This document shows, in pieces, positions 1 through 8,269 of a stretch of 59,109 nucleotides of DNA (within the stretch, counting starts at the first letter, position 1; every line of letters begins with the position of its first letter). The notes under the pieces are model-generated. The model was not told the origin of the DNA. It saw only the letters and a list, made by a program, of their open reading frames with translations, and did no database searches. The position numbers and the translations under genes are program-made. This DNA comes from a virus: the IMG/VR virus record IMGVR_UViG_3300029542_000004, positions 1-59,109 of that record, one strand, 5' to 3'.

Positions 1-99
1 GCTGCGCGTCCGACTTGATTTGAAGCTCAATGCTCTCTGCCATTTTCTCACCTCCCTGTAATAAAAAAGAGCTACCCTAAAGTAGCTCTCATGTATTTA
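1..99. repeat. 99-nt terminal direct repeat, identical to 59011-59109; contig closes into a 59,010-bp circle
   Basis: Read directly: bases 1-99 recur base-for-base at 59011-59109. The tape-measure start at 59053 corresponds to position 43. Confidence 0.95.
62..89 (-). terminator. Intrinsic terminator between the endolysin stop and the tape-measure start
   Basis: 8-bp stem AGAGCTAC (68-75) / GTAGCTCT (82-89) with a 6-nt loop, followed on the minus strand by TTTTTTAT. Duplicate copy at 59072-59099. Confidence 0.55.
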
Positions 100-1146
100 G
101 TCTTTGAGCAGATAGTATGTCGTAATCAATCCAACATATCCATCTTGCTTAAGACCTCTATTCTTTTGAAATACCATGACACATTTAGTGAGATAATCAC
201 TCCACTCTTTGTAATCAGTATCAAGTTTGTAAAAATGATACTTGTCATGCAGAGTTTTTCTTAGCCACTTAATGGCTGTCGGGCAGTTATGCTTCTGACC
301 GCTCCACAGATTGTGATTTTTAGCAAATCTCTGTGAATTAACTCCAAATCTGCCATCCTCTTTAAGCTCATTTGTGTCAAATCCGATGTTCATGGCATGT
401 TGCCATTTTCTTACATCATCATTATCGAGGTAATATTCCTCATTGCCTTTCCAAGCGTTATTCTTTACCGGAGTTACTATTGGTGTCGGAGTTGCTATTG
501 GTGCCGGATTGTTCTCTATTCCGTCACCCTTATCAAGCTCAATATAGAGTAAGTTAGCGTCAGTGCTGTTATTCAGACCGCTACAAGTAAATGCACTCGA
601 ATACTGCCAGCCATACAGAGGATGTTGAATAACAGGCTTCTTAGCACTGTTAGGTTCATCACCAATAGACATTCCCTTAGTGGATGGATAACGTGCAATC
701 CAAAACGGACAATTAATCTGATTTGCGTATGGTGCAATGTACTGATTGTAAAAGCTAAGCCCTGTGTATACACCGAAGTTAAGCCCGGCACTCTTGATAA
801 CACTCTGATATGTGTTGATAATATCAATAAGTGTCTGTCCAAGTCCTTGCTGGCACTTATCCTCAACATCTAACCAAACAAAAGTTTTCCGTCCGTTAAG
901 TGTCTGAATGACCTTATTTGCGTCTGTCTTTGCTTTCTCTACTGTTGTAGCGTATGAGTAGTTATAAACACCTTGTATTGGCATTCCTACATCAGTACAG
1001 CCTTTCCAGTTTTGCTCAAAGGTTTTATCCGGATTAAGGTCTTTGCGGATTATTTTTAGGATTGCAAATTGCACTCCAGCCCATTTAACCTTACTCCAAT
1101 CAATATTTCCTTGATATGACGATACGTCAATTCCTTTATATGCCAT
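97..1146 (-). CDS. Endolysin: GH25 muramidase with a C-terminal peptidoglycan-binding-like domain
   Basis: The N-terminus GIDVSSYQGNIDW...WLDVE fits the GH25 signature. A Pro/Thr linker follows. The C-terminus has two DGxxG motifs (EDGRFGVNS, QDGYVGLIT) like PG_binding_1. Confidence 0.85.
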   Translation of the reverse strand: MAYKGIDVSSYQGNIDWSKVKWAGVQFAILKIIRKDLNPDKTFEQNWKGCTDVGMPIQGVYNYSYATTVEKAKTDANKVIQTLNGRKTFVWLDVEDKCQQGLGQTLIDIINTYQSVIKSAGLNFGVYTGLSFYNQYIAPYANQINCPFWIARYPSTKGMSIGDEPNSAKKPVIQHPLYGWQYSSAFTCSGLNNSTDANLLYIELDKGDGIENNPAPIATPTPIVTPVKNNAWKGNEEYYLDNDDVRKWQHAMNIGFDTNELKEDGRFGVNSQRFAKNHNLWSGQKHNCPTAIKWLRKTLHDKYHFYKLDTDYKEWSDYLTKCVMVFQKNRGLKQDGYVGLITTYYLLKD

Positions 1147-1158
1147 ATTTTCACCTCA

Positions 1159-1958
1159 TTAATCAGGACTTTCAGGTAATCCTGACTGTCTTAATGCGTT
1201 AATTCGTTGCTTCATCTCATAAACGGCAATTTCCTCATTAGACTCCTTGTATTTAGGCTCGTTATCTTTTGAGTATTGCTCATTTAATGATTTCTCAATG
1301 TATTTTGCTCTTGCTTTGTTGCCATTCAATGCCCTGTCGATAGCTGTAAGAGTTGCACTTAATCCGTATGTGCCCCACCAAGCCCACATGTTGGAGTCGG
1401 CTTCTTTTTGCTCGAGCATATAAGCCTTTGAATAAGGCTCTAAATCAGCCGGACAAGACATATCTATGTCCTCAACGCTAAATCCATAGCCTTTAGTTGC
1501 CAAAAGCCAATATGGGCGGATTTCGTTACAATATACTTCCCACGTAAGCTCTTTTACTTCTTGATTGGCTTCTTCTTGGCTGTCTGTACCTCTTTCGCCA
1601 ACATCTTTGATAAAAAACTGTTTTTCTCCATTTCAGCCGACAAATCGTTGTAGAGCGACATTATATCTCCACCCTCTTCATTCTCTGGGTCGAGATAATC
1701 GTCAAGCAAATCATACATCTTCGCTAATTGCTTCTCTTTTGCTTCTTTATCGTCAAAATCAAAGCCAAATTCGTCAGCGTGAAACTTTTGCAAGCCCACG
1801 AGCAAAAACTCCGGTAAAAATCCAAGCATGTTGTCAATGACTTCAAGTCCCTCGCCCTTTTGCTCCATTCCTACGAGCCTTGGGATAATTTTATTCTTAT
1901 ATACCGGTGCATATCCGAATTTAACTGTATACTCTTTTCCGTCTAATTTAATTTTCAT
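1159..1958 (-). CDS. Tail assembly chaperone G-T fusion made by a -1 programmed frameshift (about 266 aa)
   Basis: The frame of ORF 1159-1503 is -1 relative to ORF 1554-1958. It stays open upstream through the slippery site at 1611-1617, checked codon by codon. Confidence 0.6.
1554..1958 (-). CDS. Tail assembly chaperone (gpG-like)
   Basis: 134-aa acidic ORF directly after the major tail gene and ahead of the tape measure. It carries the slippery heptamer near its 3' end. Confidence 0.65.
   Translation of the reverse strand: MKIKLDGKEYTVKFGYAPVYKNKIIPRLVGMEQKGEGLEVIDNMLGFLPEFLLVGLQKFHADEFGFDFDDKEAKEKQLAKMYDLLDDYLDPENEEGGDIMSLYNDLSAEMEKNSFLSKMLAKEVQTAKKKPIKK
1611..1617 (-). promoter_or_regulatory. 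-1 ribosomal frameshift slippery heptamer T_TTT_TTA
   Basis: Minus-strand AGT TTT TTA TCA in the G frame (..NSFLSK..). The X_XXY_YYZ pattern is in the correct phase. Confidence 0.6.
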
Positions 1959-2101
1959 TTTATCTTTCCCTTTCTCCCTAATTTATATAGGGAAAGAGGC
2001 AGTATTAAAACTGCCTCAATTACCTTACTATATTGTATCTTCAAGTTCGCTGTCAGCCGTGCTATCATCATAGCCAACCGCTACGGCTTTTTCCGATTGG
2101 C

Positions 2102-2602
2102 TCACCCTTTTTTTGTGAGTGTGATTGCTGTTGGATAACCTTGGTCATCCTCCGTTACCGCAACATCGTAGTTATCCTCAATCCACTTAGGTACTGTCTG
2201 CACTGATACAGTCGCAGTTCCTGTTAAGTGGTCATTAGAAGCCTCGTCTGGGACGAATGATTCCTGTCCAATAAAAGCACAGATACCCTCTGAACCTTTT
2301 CCATCTGTACCATAGAGAATGATGAAGTCAAGCTTCTTGCCCTCGTTAGTTACCATCTCATCCTTGTACTTTTTCTCAAAAGCTCCCTCAACTTCCATAG
2401 AGCCGGCTGAACGTCTACCCATTTCCTGTGTCTCTACTAAATCCTCAAGGGTTGAAGTATCTACCATGTTCTGTGAACCGAATGGTGAGGGAATTGATTT
2501 TGCTCTAAGTAAGAGCTTGTAAGTTCCAGCCCAATAATCGCCACTTGTGGCGGATGCGGTTGGTGTCTTGTAAGCAATTCTACTTTTTAAACCTGTTGCC
2601 AT
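2102..2602 (-). CDS. Major tail protein
   Basis: 166-aa ORF immediately upstream of the chaperone pair. The beta-rich sequence resembles siphovirus major tail proteins. Confidence 0.6.
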   Translation of the reverse strand: MATGLKSRIAYKTPTASATSGDYWAGTYKLLLRAKSIPSPFGSQNMVDTSTLEDLVETQEMGRRSAGSMEVEGAFEKKYKDEMVTNEGKKLDFIILYGTDGKGSEGICAFIGQESFVPDEASNDHLTGTATVSVQTVPKWIEDNYDVAVTEDDQGYPTAITLTKKG

Positions 2603-2650
2603 TTGTATTACCTCCTAATTTTTCATAAAAAAATAAGAGCCAAAAAGCTC

Positions 2651-3067
2651 TTATAATCTATCATTCCAGTCAAATGACCGCCTAGCACGTAATGTTGCTG
2701 TCCATAATTTGCCGTTTTTTCTAGCGAATGGGGCTGTTGTCAGCTTGAATGACATAGCTTTGTATTCATTAGCCACTGTCTGTGCCACATTCAAGGCTTC
2801 TGAACGGCTTTTATTCGTTGTAACAATTACTTGTGCCGTAAATAATACTGTATTTATTCTTTCGCACTCTAAATCCTCATTCTGTTCTATAGGTTCGAGT
2901 GCTTGAACTAGCACTGTTGGGAAACTAGCCACTGCACTGTCCGACTGTTCCTCTTGTGTGAATTTTAGCTTGGGATATTTAGTTTTCAATTTCTTCTCAC
3001 ATCGGGTTTTCACAATTGCATATGTGAGATTTTCAAGGTCGTAAACCCATTGATTTTGACTCGCCAC
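2651..3067 (-). CDS. Neck or tail-completion protein (putative)
   Basis: Assigned by position between the capsid and tail genes. No motif recognised. Confidence 0.35.
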   Translation of the reverse strand: MASQNQWVYDLENLTYAIVKTRCEKKLKTKYPKLKFTQEEQSDSAVASFPTVLVQALEPIEQNEDLECERINTVLFTAQVIVTTNKSRSEALNVAQTVANEYKAMSFKLTTAPFARKNGKLWTATLRARRSFDWNDRL

Positions 3068-3076
3068 TTTATCACC

Positions 3077-3610
3077 TCAACTAAAAATTTTTCGTGCCGT
3101 TTTCATAATGTCATTTTCCATTTTTAAAAATGCTCGATACATCGGCATTGTAGGTGTAATGCCGTATGAATGGTGCAATTCTCCGCTTTCGTCTCTCCAA
3201 TACCAGCCCTCGCTGTCAAATGCGTGTGTCTGTCCTGGAAAAGTGCCTTGACCGCCTCTTGTGTCATTGAAATGTGGTTTAGCTTTCCAGCCTGAGCCGT
3301 ATTCAGCCATGAGCAAAGGTGATACATCAACTGTTTTGAGTCCGTCAGCCGTTTGCCATGTGCTTTGTATCTGCCCTGTTTCCGTGGCAAGCACAATAGC
3401 CGTACAGCCGTCTGTAGAGTCTTTAATTTCGTAACTAAACGTGATATAGTGTCCAAAATTGCCTGTATTTGCTCGTGCTACAGCAATGCCATTACTAGCA
3501 AGCTCTCCGACAAACGCTATGCACTTGTCCTGTAAGCGGTCTTTGTATCTTTCAAGCTTGTCTATCGCATCTTGTATAGATTTTTCTGTTAGGGAAATGT
3601 CAAGTTTCAT
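3077..3610 (-). CDS. Neck or head-tail joining protein (putative)
   Basis: Assigned by position in the neck module, with tight spacing to its neighbours. Confidence 0.35.
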   Translation of the reverse strand: MKLDISLTEKSIQDAIDKLERYKDRLQDKCIAFVGELASNGIAVARANTGNFGHYITFSYEIKDSTDGCTAIVLATETGQIQSTWQTADGLKTVDVSPLLMAEYGSGWKAKPHFNDTRGGQGTFPGQTHAFDSEGWYWRDESGELHHSYGITPTMPMYRAFLKMENDIMKTARKIFS

Positions 3611-3612
3611 AA

Positions 3613-4038
3613 TTACACTTCTTTCACAACTGCTTTGAGCATGTATTTAACCGAATAGAGAGAGGGTTTTACTCCCACTATTGTAAAGTCTGCGGAAGTT
3701 GAATCAACTAATCCGTTGGCATCCTTTGTAGGCTCGCTATCAAGCCAAATAACGTCACCTTTTTTAAAAGGGTATTCTCCTCTGTCTGTCAGCAAAACAG
3801 CGTCAAAATCAGCCGTATTAAAGCCATATTCCTTGTTCTGTGCTTCTCCTCCGTCAAACGATATATTTGCCCGAAAATCAACCGGCTCCGAAAAGCCTGT
3901 TTCCTCATGGGTGTAATATATCTTCTCTCCGTCCTCCGTTTCGTAAAACTTTAGATTTCCGTCCTCGTCTTTTTCATAGACTGTGACAGTTTGACCTTGA
4001 AGCGCGTACTTCATAGCCTGCTTATTAATGTCAAGCAT
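3613..4038 (-). CDS. Neck or head-closure protein (putative)
   Basis: Assigned by position in the neck module. There is a 1-nt gap to the holin gene. Confidence 0.35.
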   Translation of the reverse strand: MLDINKQAMKYALQGQTVTVYEKDEDGNLKFYETEDGEKIYYTHEETGFSEPVDFRANISFDGGEAQNKEYGFNTADFDAVLLTDRGEYPFKKGDVIWLDSEPTKDANGLVDSTSADFTIVGVKPSLYSVKYMLKAVVKEV

Positions 4039-4039
4039 A

Positions 4040-4366
4040 TTACTTCACATCCTTGCCAAATCGCTTCCATAGTTCAGACAGCTTTTCCCATCCATACATT
4101 GAAACAAATGCTACAACAAATCCTGCCATAATTGCCGCAAGAATCATATACCACAGTATTGTCATCTGAATATACTGCATATAAGCAACAAATGCCGCTA
4201 CAGTAATACCGATTGACAGTACAAATACTACAATATCTGTAGGCACTTTATTGAATACTCCAATGCCCTTAATTACCTGTGTAATTACAGACACCATAAA
4301 AGCTAATGCCCCGATGATTGCTAACACGATTGTCATGTTTGTGATTAATACCTGCATAATTTCCAT
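4040..4366 (-). CDS. Holin (multi-TM, phiLC3 / holin_4-like)
   Basis: Three hydrophobic helices and a charged C-terminal tail (WEKLSELWKRFGKDVK). The start is moved to the ATG at 4366, behind AAGGAGG. Confidence 0.65.
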   Translation of the reverse strand: MEIMQVLITNMTIVLAIIGALAFMVSVITQVIKGIGVFNKVPTDIVVFVLSIGITVAAFVAYMQYIQMTILWYMILAAIMAGFVVAFVSMYGWEKLSELWKRFGKDVK

Positions 4367-4370
4367 TCTG

Positions 4371-4694
4371 CTATACCTCCTTATCTTCATTAAGTCGTTC
4401 TTCCAATCCGTCTATTCGGTGGTGCGCCGACTTTACACTTTCCTCAACCTTAATAATCCTGTTATCGTGAGAGTTAAGTTCTTTTCTCATTTCTGTAACT
4501 TCGTTTTTTATCTCTGTTGTGTTGCTTGATATTGTGTCAAGTTTCATATTTATGCGTGTATTTTCCTTTACACGCTCTGTAAGTTCTGCATTGTCAGACT
4601 TTTTGTTGTTCTTAAGATTAAATCCCAACGTAAACAGTCCGAAAAAGACGGAAAAAGCAACTGAAATAATGCTTATAATTACTGCTATTGGCAT
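4371..4694 (-). CDS. Membrane-anchored coiled-coil protein in the XhlA-like position, a possible lysis accessory
   Basis: N-terminal TM helix (PIAVIISIISVAFSVFFGLF) followed by a coiled coil, just upstream of the holin. The start is ambiguous (4694, 4712 or 4739). Confidence 0.4.
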   Translation of the reverse strand: MPIAVIISIISVAFSVFFGLFTLGFNLKNNKKSDNAELTERVKENTRINMKLDTISSNTTEIKNEVTEMRKELNSHDNRIIKVEESVKSAHHRIDGLEERLNEDKEV

Positions 4695-4808
4695 TGATAT
4701 ACCGCCTTTCATAATTAATAATGGCACACCGCCCACCACCCTTAATGTGTGCCGCCTGCTACCATATTGCCGACATCAGCAAAATGGTAACGCACAATCT
4801 TCTTTTGC

Positions 4809-5216
4809 TTATAGCACTTTGACAAAAGGAAATACTCCGACAAACAGTTTATCTCTGTCTTTCCATGTACGGCTCACTCCGCCCTCACTTAATGCGCTCA
4901 TGTAGTTCTCCCCGGCTTGTGAATGGTCGTAGACAGCAAGATTGATAACAACATTTTCAAACTGCTTTAAGTCGGCAGTTATATCATCATCAGTGAAAGT
5001 GTCCGGATAGCACCTTTTCGCTTTTACATCTTCCGTGGCTTGCTTAATGAGCTGTTCAATGAGTGGGTTATCTTCCTTTTTGTCGAACACTACCACATCA
5101 GATGTTGTTTCATCATCATTCGTGACTGTATCAATATGAAATTGTTTGAGTCTGATTTTGACTTGCTCTAATGTGGTGTATTCCATGCCAAGCTCCTTAT
5201 AATCCAAACTTTTCAA
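4809..5216 (-). CDS. Head-tail adaptor or connector (gp6-like)
   Basis: 135-aa ORF downstream of the capsid gene. The N-terminus TLEQVKIRLKQ is typical of phage head-tail connector proteins. Confidence 0.5.
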   Translation of the reverse strand: MKSLDYKELGMEYTTLEQVKIRLKQFHIDTVTNDDETTSDVVVFDKKEDNPLIEQLIKQATEDVKAKRCYPDTFTDDDITADLKQFENVVINLAVYDHSQAGENYMSALSEGGVSRTWKDRDKLFVGVFPFVKVL

Positions 5217-5448
5217 TTAACATTTTCTTCAAGTCGCTGCCATTTATCTCTGTGGCATTTTCAATACCATTTTCGCTCGCAAGCTTCTTTAGGTCGGCTG
5301 TTGACATTCTGTTAATTTCTGTCTTTGTGTATGGTGTTTCAGGTGGGTTCATAAAATCAGAAGGCACCGAATTGCTATTGCTTTCCGGTACCTCGTCTCC
5401 GACTTTATACCACACTCCATCATGCTTTATAGAGTGCGTTGCTATCAT
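5197..5448 (-). CDS. Hypothetical protein with a Rho_N/SAP-like C-terminus
   Basis: STADLKKLASENGIE...DLKKMLIEKFG motif. It directly follows the capsid gene. Confidence 0.4.
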   Translation of the reverse strand: MIATHSIKHDGVWYKVGDEVPESNSNSVPSDFMNPPETPYTKTEINRMSTADLKKLASENGIENATEINGSDLKKMLIEKFGL

Positions 5449-5453
5449 AAGCC

Positions 5454-6545
5454 TTAATCCTCCTTAACTTTGAGAACCATAACGCTATCCATACCCTCGA
5501 ATGTAGGTAATCCAATCATAGATACGATACAGTGAGTATTGATAGGATGATTTGTAGCGTATGTGTATACAGATACACCTGTCTCAACAAGTGAGAGGTT
5601 TCCGTCTGTGATACTTCCGCTTCTTTCCTCGGGTGTCTTACCAAATGTGTAATCGCCAAGGAATACTCCGGCAGACTGTGCAGATACAATGCCTGTTGGT
5701 ACAAAGTACTGTGTCTGTCCTGTCTCGTCAACATAGAGCTTATCGTATACTTCAATCTCGATACCATATCCTCTAAGGTATTCAGTAACCTGTCCTTGCT
5801 GTAATCTGATACCGCCATTGTAGGCAGTAATACCAAGTACCTGTTTCTTTGTGTCCTCTGCCTTAAGCACCATCTCCCAAGTCTCTGTATTCATGGTGAA
5901 ACGTGTAAGTGAGTAGCCTGTAGCCTTTGCAAAATCTCTACGAGCTGTGATAAGGTCATCGAGTGGTGCACATGTGGTAGGCTTATCCCATGCACTTGTG
6001 CCAGTAATTGACTTAAAGTGCTTTTCCTTATGCTCTGTGCCATTGTCGGCTGTGTAATCAACGACATAGTTCTTATCGCCAAGCACAACCTTTACTTTTG
6101 GTACACCATCTGTAGGTGCAAGTAACTGCCAAATCTGTCTCTCCGGTACAACTAATGCACCCTCAATTAACATCATTGGTTTCTTTGAGATTTCACGTAA
6201 TACGTTATTGGCAAGGCTTGAGTTCTCAGAAGTTCTGTAATTGTCGTACTCCTGTTCCTCTTTCTCTGTTACCATATATCCCTCGCGATAAAATGGCATT
6301 GAGTTCTGAATGTCAGAGAAACCTCCAACATCTCTTAACTCTGCCTGTGCGTCAAAGTTTGAAGCTTTGAGTGATACCGGCAGTCCGTTCTTACCCTTGA
6401 TAAATCTAAGGTCGAGTGAGTCCTGTTTACGTGTTCCGAATTTCTGTCTGCCAAGATAAGGGGCAGTTCCTAATGTCTTTTTGTAGTTATCCCACATTAC
6501 ACCGAGACTTCTCGCTGTAAATGCTTCTGCTAATGGTAATGCCAT
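5454..6545 (-). CDS. Major capsid protein
   Basis: 363-aa ORF after the scaffold and decoration-like genes. Size and position fit a lambda gpE-like capsid family. Confidence 0.75.
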   Translation of the reverse strand: MALPLAEAFTARSLGVMWDNYKKTLGTAPYLGRQKFGTRKQDSLDLRFIKGKNGLPVSLKASNFDAQAELRDVGGFSDIQNSMPFYREGYMVTEKEEQEYDNYRTSENSSLANNVLREISKKPMMLIEGALVVPERQIWQLLAPTDGVPKVKVVLGDKNYVVDYTADNGTEHKEKHFKSITGTSAWDKPTTCAPLDDLITARRDFAKATGYSLTRFTMNTETWEMVLKAEDTKKQVLGITAYNGGIRLQQGQVTEYLRGYGIEIEVYDKLYVDETGQTQYFVPTGIVSAQSAGVFLGDYTFGKTPEERSGSITDGNLSLVETGVSVYTYATNHPINTHCIVSMIGLPTFEGMDSVMVLKVKED

Positions 6546-6561
6546 GTTCTTCTACCTCCTT

Positions 6562-6912
6562 TTAAACCTGACTTGCTACAATCTTTGGCGCGCCATAGAA
6601 AGTAACTCTAGGTGTTGCAGTTCTAGCTTCATCTGCGATTGAAAGTGTCTTAACTTTCTCCCAATCAATAGTTCCCTGATATACATATGTTCCAGGTGCG
6701 TCACCCATTGTTACATCTACATCGTGTAACAGATAACCCTTGCACTCTGCGTCATTGCTTGGGAATGGTGTACCGGCCGGCACAATCTTCATTCCGTTTC
6801 CATCTGCGCTTGTTACCATAGTCTGTGGCACAAGGCACGCTGCACCCTCATAAGGGAAAAATTTTAAAATTCCTTTACCCTGTGTAAAGTCTCTTACGAT
6901 TGGTTTTCCCAT
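6562..6912 (-). CDS. Head decoration-like protein (putative)
   Basis: 116-aa ORF between the scaffold and capsid genes. Confidence 0.4.
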   Translation of the reverse strand: MGKPIVRDFTQGKGILKFFPYEGAACLVPQTMVTSADGNGMKIVPAGTPFPSNDAECKGYLLHDVDVTMGDAPGTYVYQGTIDWEKVKTLSIADEARTATPRVTFYGAPKIVASQV

Positions 6913-6927
6913 CGTTCTACCTCCTGT

Positions 6928-7482
6928 TTAAATTACATAGCTGTTTTGACTTTCAGCACTTGCAACTGTGCCAAACGAGATTTGTTCTGCATTGGCTACA
7001 TCTGCTGGCTTTGAGTCGGGTTCATTATTGTTACCGCCATTGTTTGGATTAGGAGTATCTTTGAGTGCATTCTTCTCATACTCCGCTATCGCATTGGCTT
7101 TCATGTCGGAAATAATCTTGCCAAGTGATGTTGTGTCAAAAGAGCCATCCTCTTTTACTACTGTCTTTGCCTGTTCTGCAGTAATTCCAAAATCAGACAT
7201 TGCACTCTCTCGTAAATCTCTGACAGCATTATCTTTCTGTAGCTTGGCAATCTGCTGATTGGCTGTCTCTAAGGCTTTATTTGCCTTTTCAAGCTCCGTC
7301 ATGTTGCCATTCTGTAGCTCATCAAGCTGTGTCTGTAGCTCGTCAGCTTTGTCTGCTTTAGCCTTATACTGATTGGCTTTCTCTTTCTCTCTTGCCATTT
7401 CCTCACCGCTCTTGTTCAGCAGATTTGTTATCTGCTCATCCGTTGCGTCCGGAAAAAGCTTCAAAACATCATTTCTTGTCAT
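6928..7482 (-). CDS. Scaffolding protein
   Basis: Acidic, coiled-coil-rich 184-aa ORF (QLDELQNG..LQKDNA) upstream of the capsid gene. Confidence 0.6.
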   Translation of the reverse strand: MTRNDVLKLFPDATDEQITNLLNKSGEEMAREKEKANQYKAKADKADELQTQLDELQNGNMTELEKANKALETANQQIAKLQKDNAVRDLRESAMSDFGITAEQAKTVVKEDGSFDTTSLGKIISDMKANAIAEYEKNALKDTPNPNNGGNNNEPDSKPADVANAEQISFGTVASAESQNSYVI

Positions 7483-7613
7483 TTCAATTACCTCCGTAAC
7501 TCACGCTTTTGTTATCGCTGGTCGCACCAGCCGAGTTTTTCTGTTGTTTAACGCACAACTGCAAATTTTGTATAATAAAAAGCAACCTATAAGTTTCCCT
7601 TACAAGTTGCTCA

Positions 7614-8252
7614 TTATTTGTAATATTTAAGACTGCATCTGCACCCTGCTATTTCTTTTACCTGTGCCCCTAAAGAATGGTCTTTTGGAAACATCATAAG
7701 TGAATTTCCAACCTCAAACGGCTCAAAAATATCAATTCTCTTTCTGTCAACATCTGCATGTGTAGGTCTGACATGTGAATCTTCTTTTGAGCGCCACTCT
7801 TTTGTTTTGTAACCTTGTTTTACCATTTCGGTTTGCAATCTGTAATTGCCGACTGCATTAGCTTCATTCGCAGCTACATTTTTTGCTCGCTTCTGTGAAG
7901 TAAAATACCCTACTTCAGTATTTTGTGTGGTAGCGTCAACTACCTCATTCACAATGTACCGAGCATAATCCGTAATGTATGAGGGTGTTTTCTTTGCTTT
8001 ACAGTACTGCGTGGCAATGCTCTCATATCTGATGATAAATTCTTTGGTGATAGCGGTTATCTCTGTTTCTTCTTTGCCGGATAGCAAGGCAAATAGCATA
8101 ACAAAGATTTTTTCAAACTTTTCAGCAAGCTTTTTTCTATCTTCCTTTTCCTCGTCAGATAAATCCATCTCACCAAAATATGTATCATAATCTATGTCTT
8201 GTATTTCATTTTTGTTAAGTGTGTGGATTTCATCTGCCATATCAAGCTCCAA
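7614..8252 (-). CDS. Minor head protein (Phage_Mu_F / SPP1 gp7-like)
   Basis: C-terminal motif SHVRPTHADVDRK...F, located right after the portal gene. Confidence 0.7.
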   Translation of the reverse strand: MELDMADEIHTLNKNEIQDIDYDTYFGEMDLSDEEKEDRKKLAEKFEKIFVMLFALLSGKEETEITAITKEFIIRYESIATQYCKAKKTPSYITDYARYIVNEVVDATTQNTEVGYFTSQKRAKNVAANEANAVGNYRLQTEMVKQGYKTKEWRSKEDSHVRPTHADVDRKRIDIFEPFEVGNSLMMFPKDHSLGAQVKEIAGCRCSLKYYK

Positions 8253-8269
8253 AATAAATTGACAGCCAA

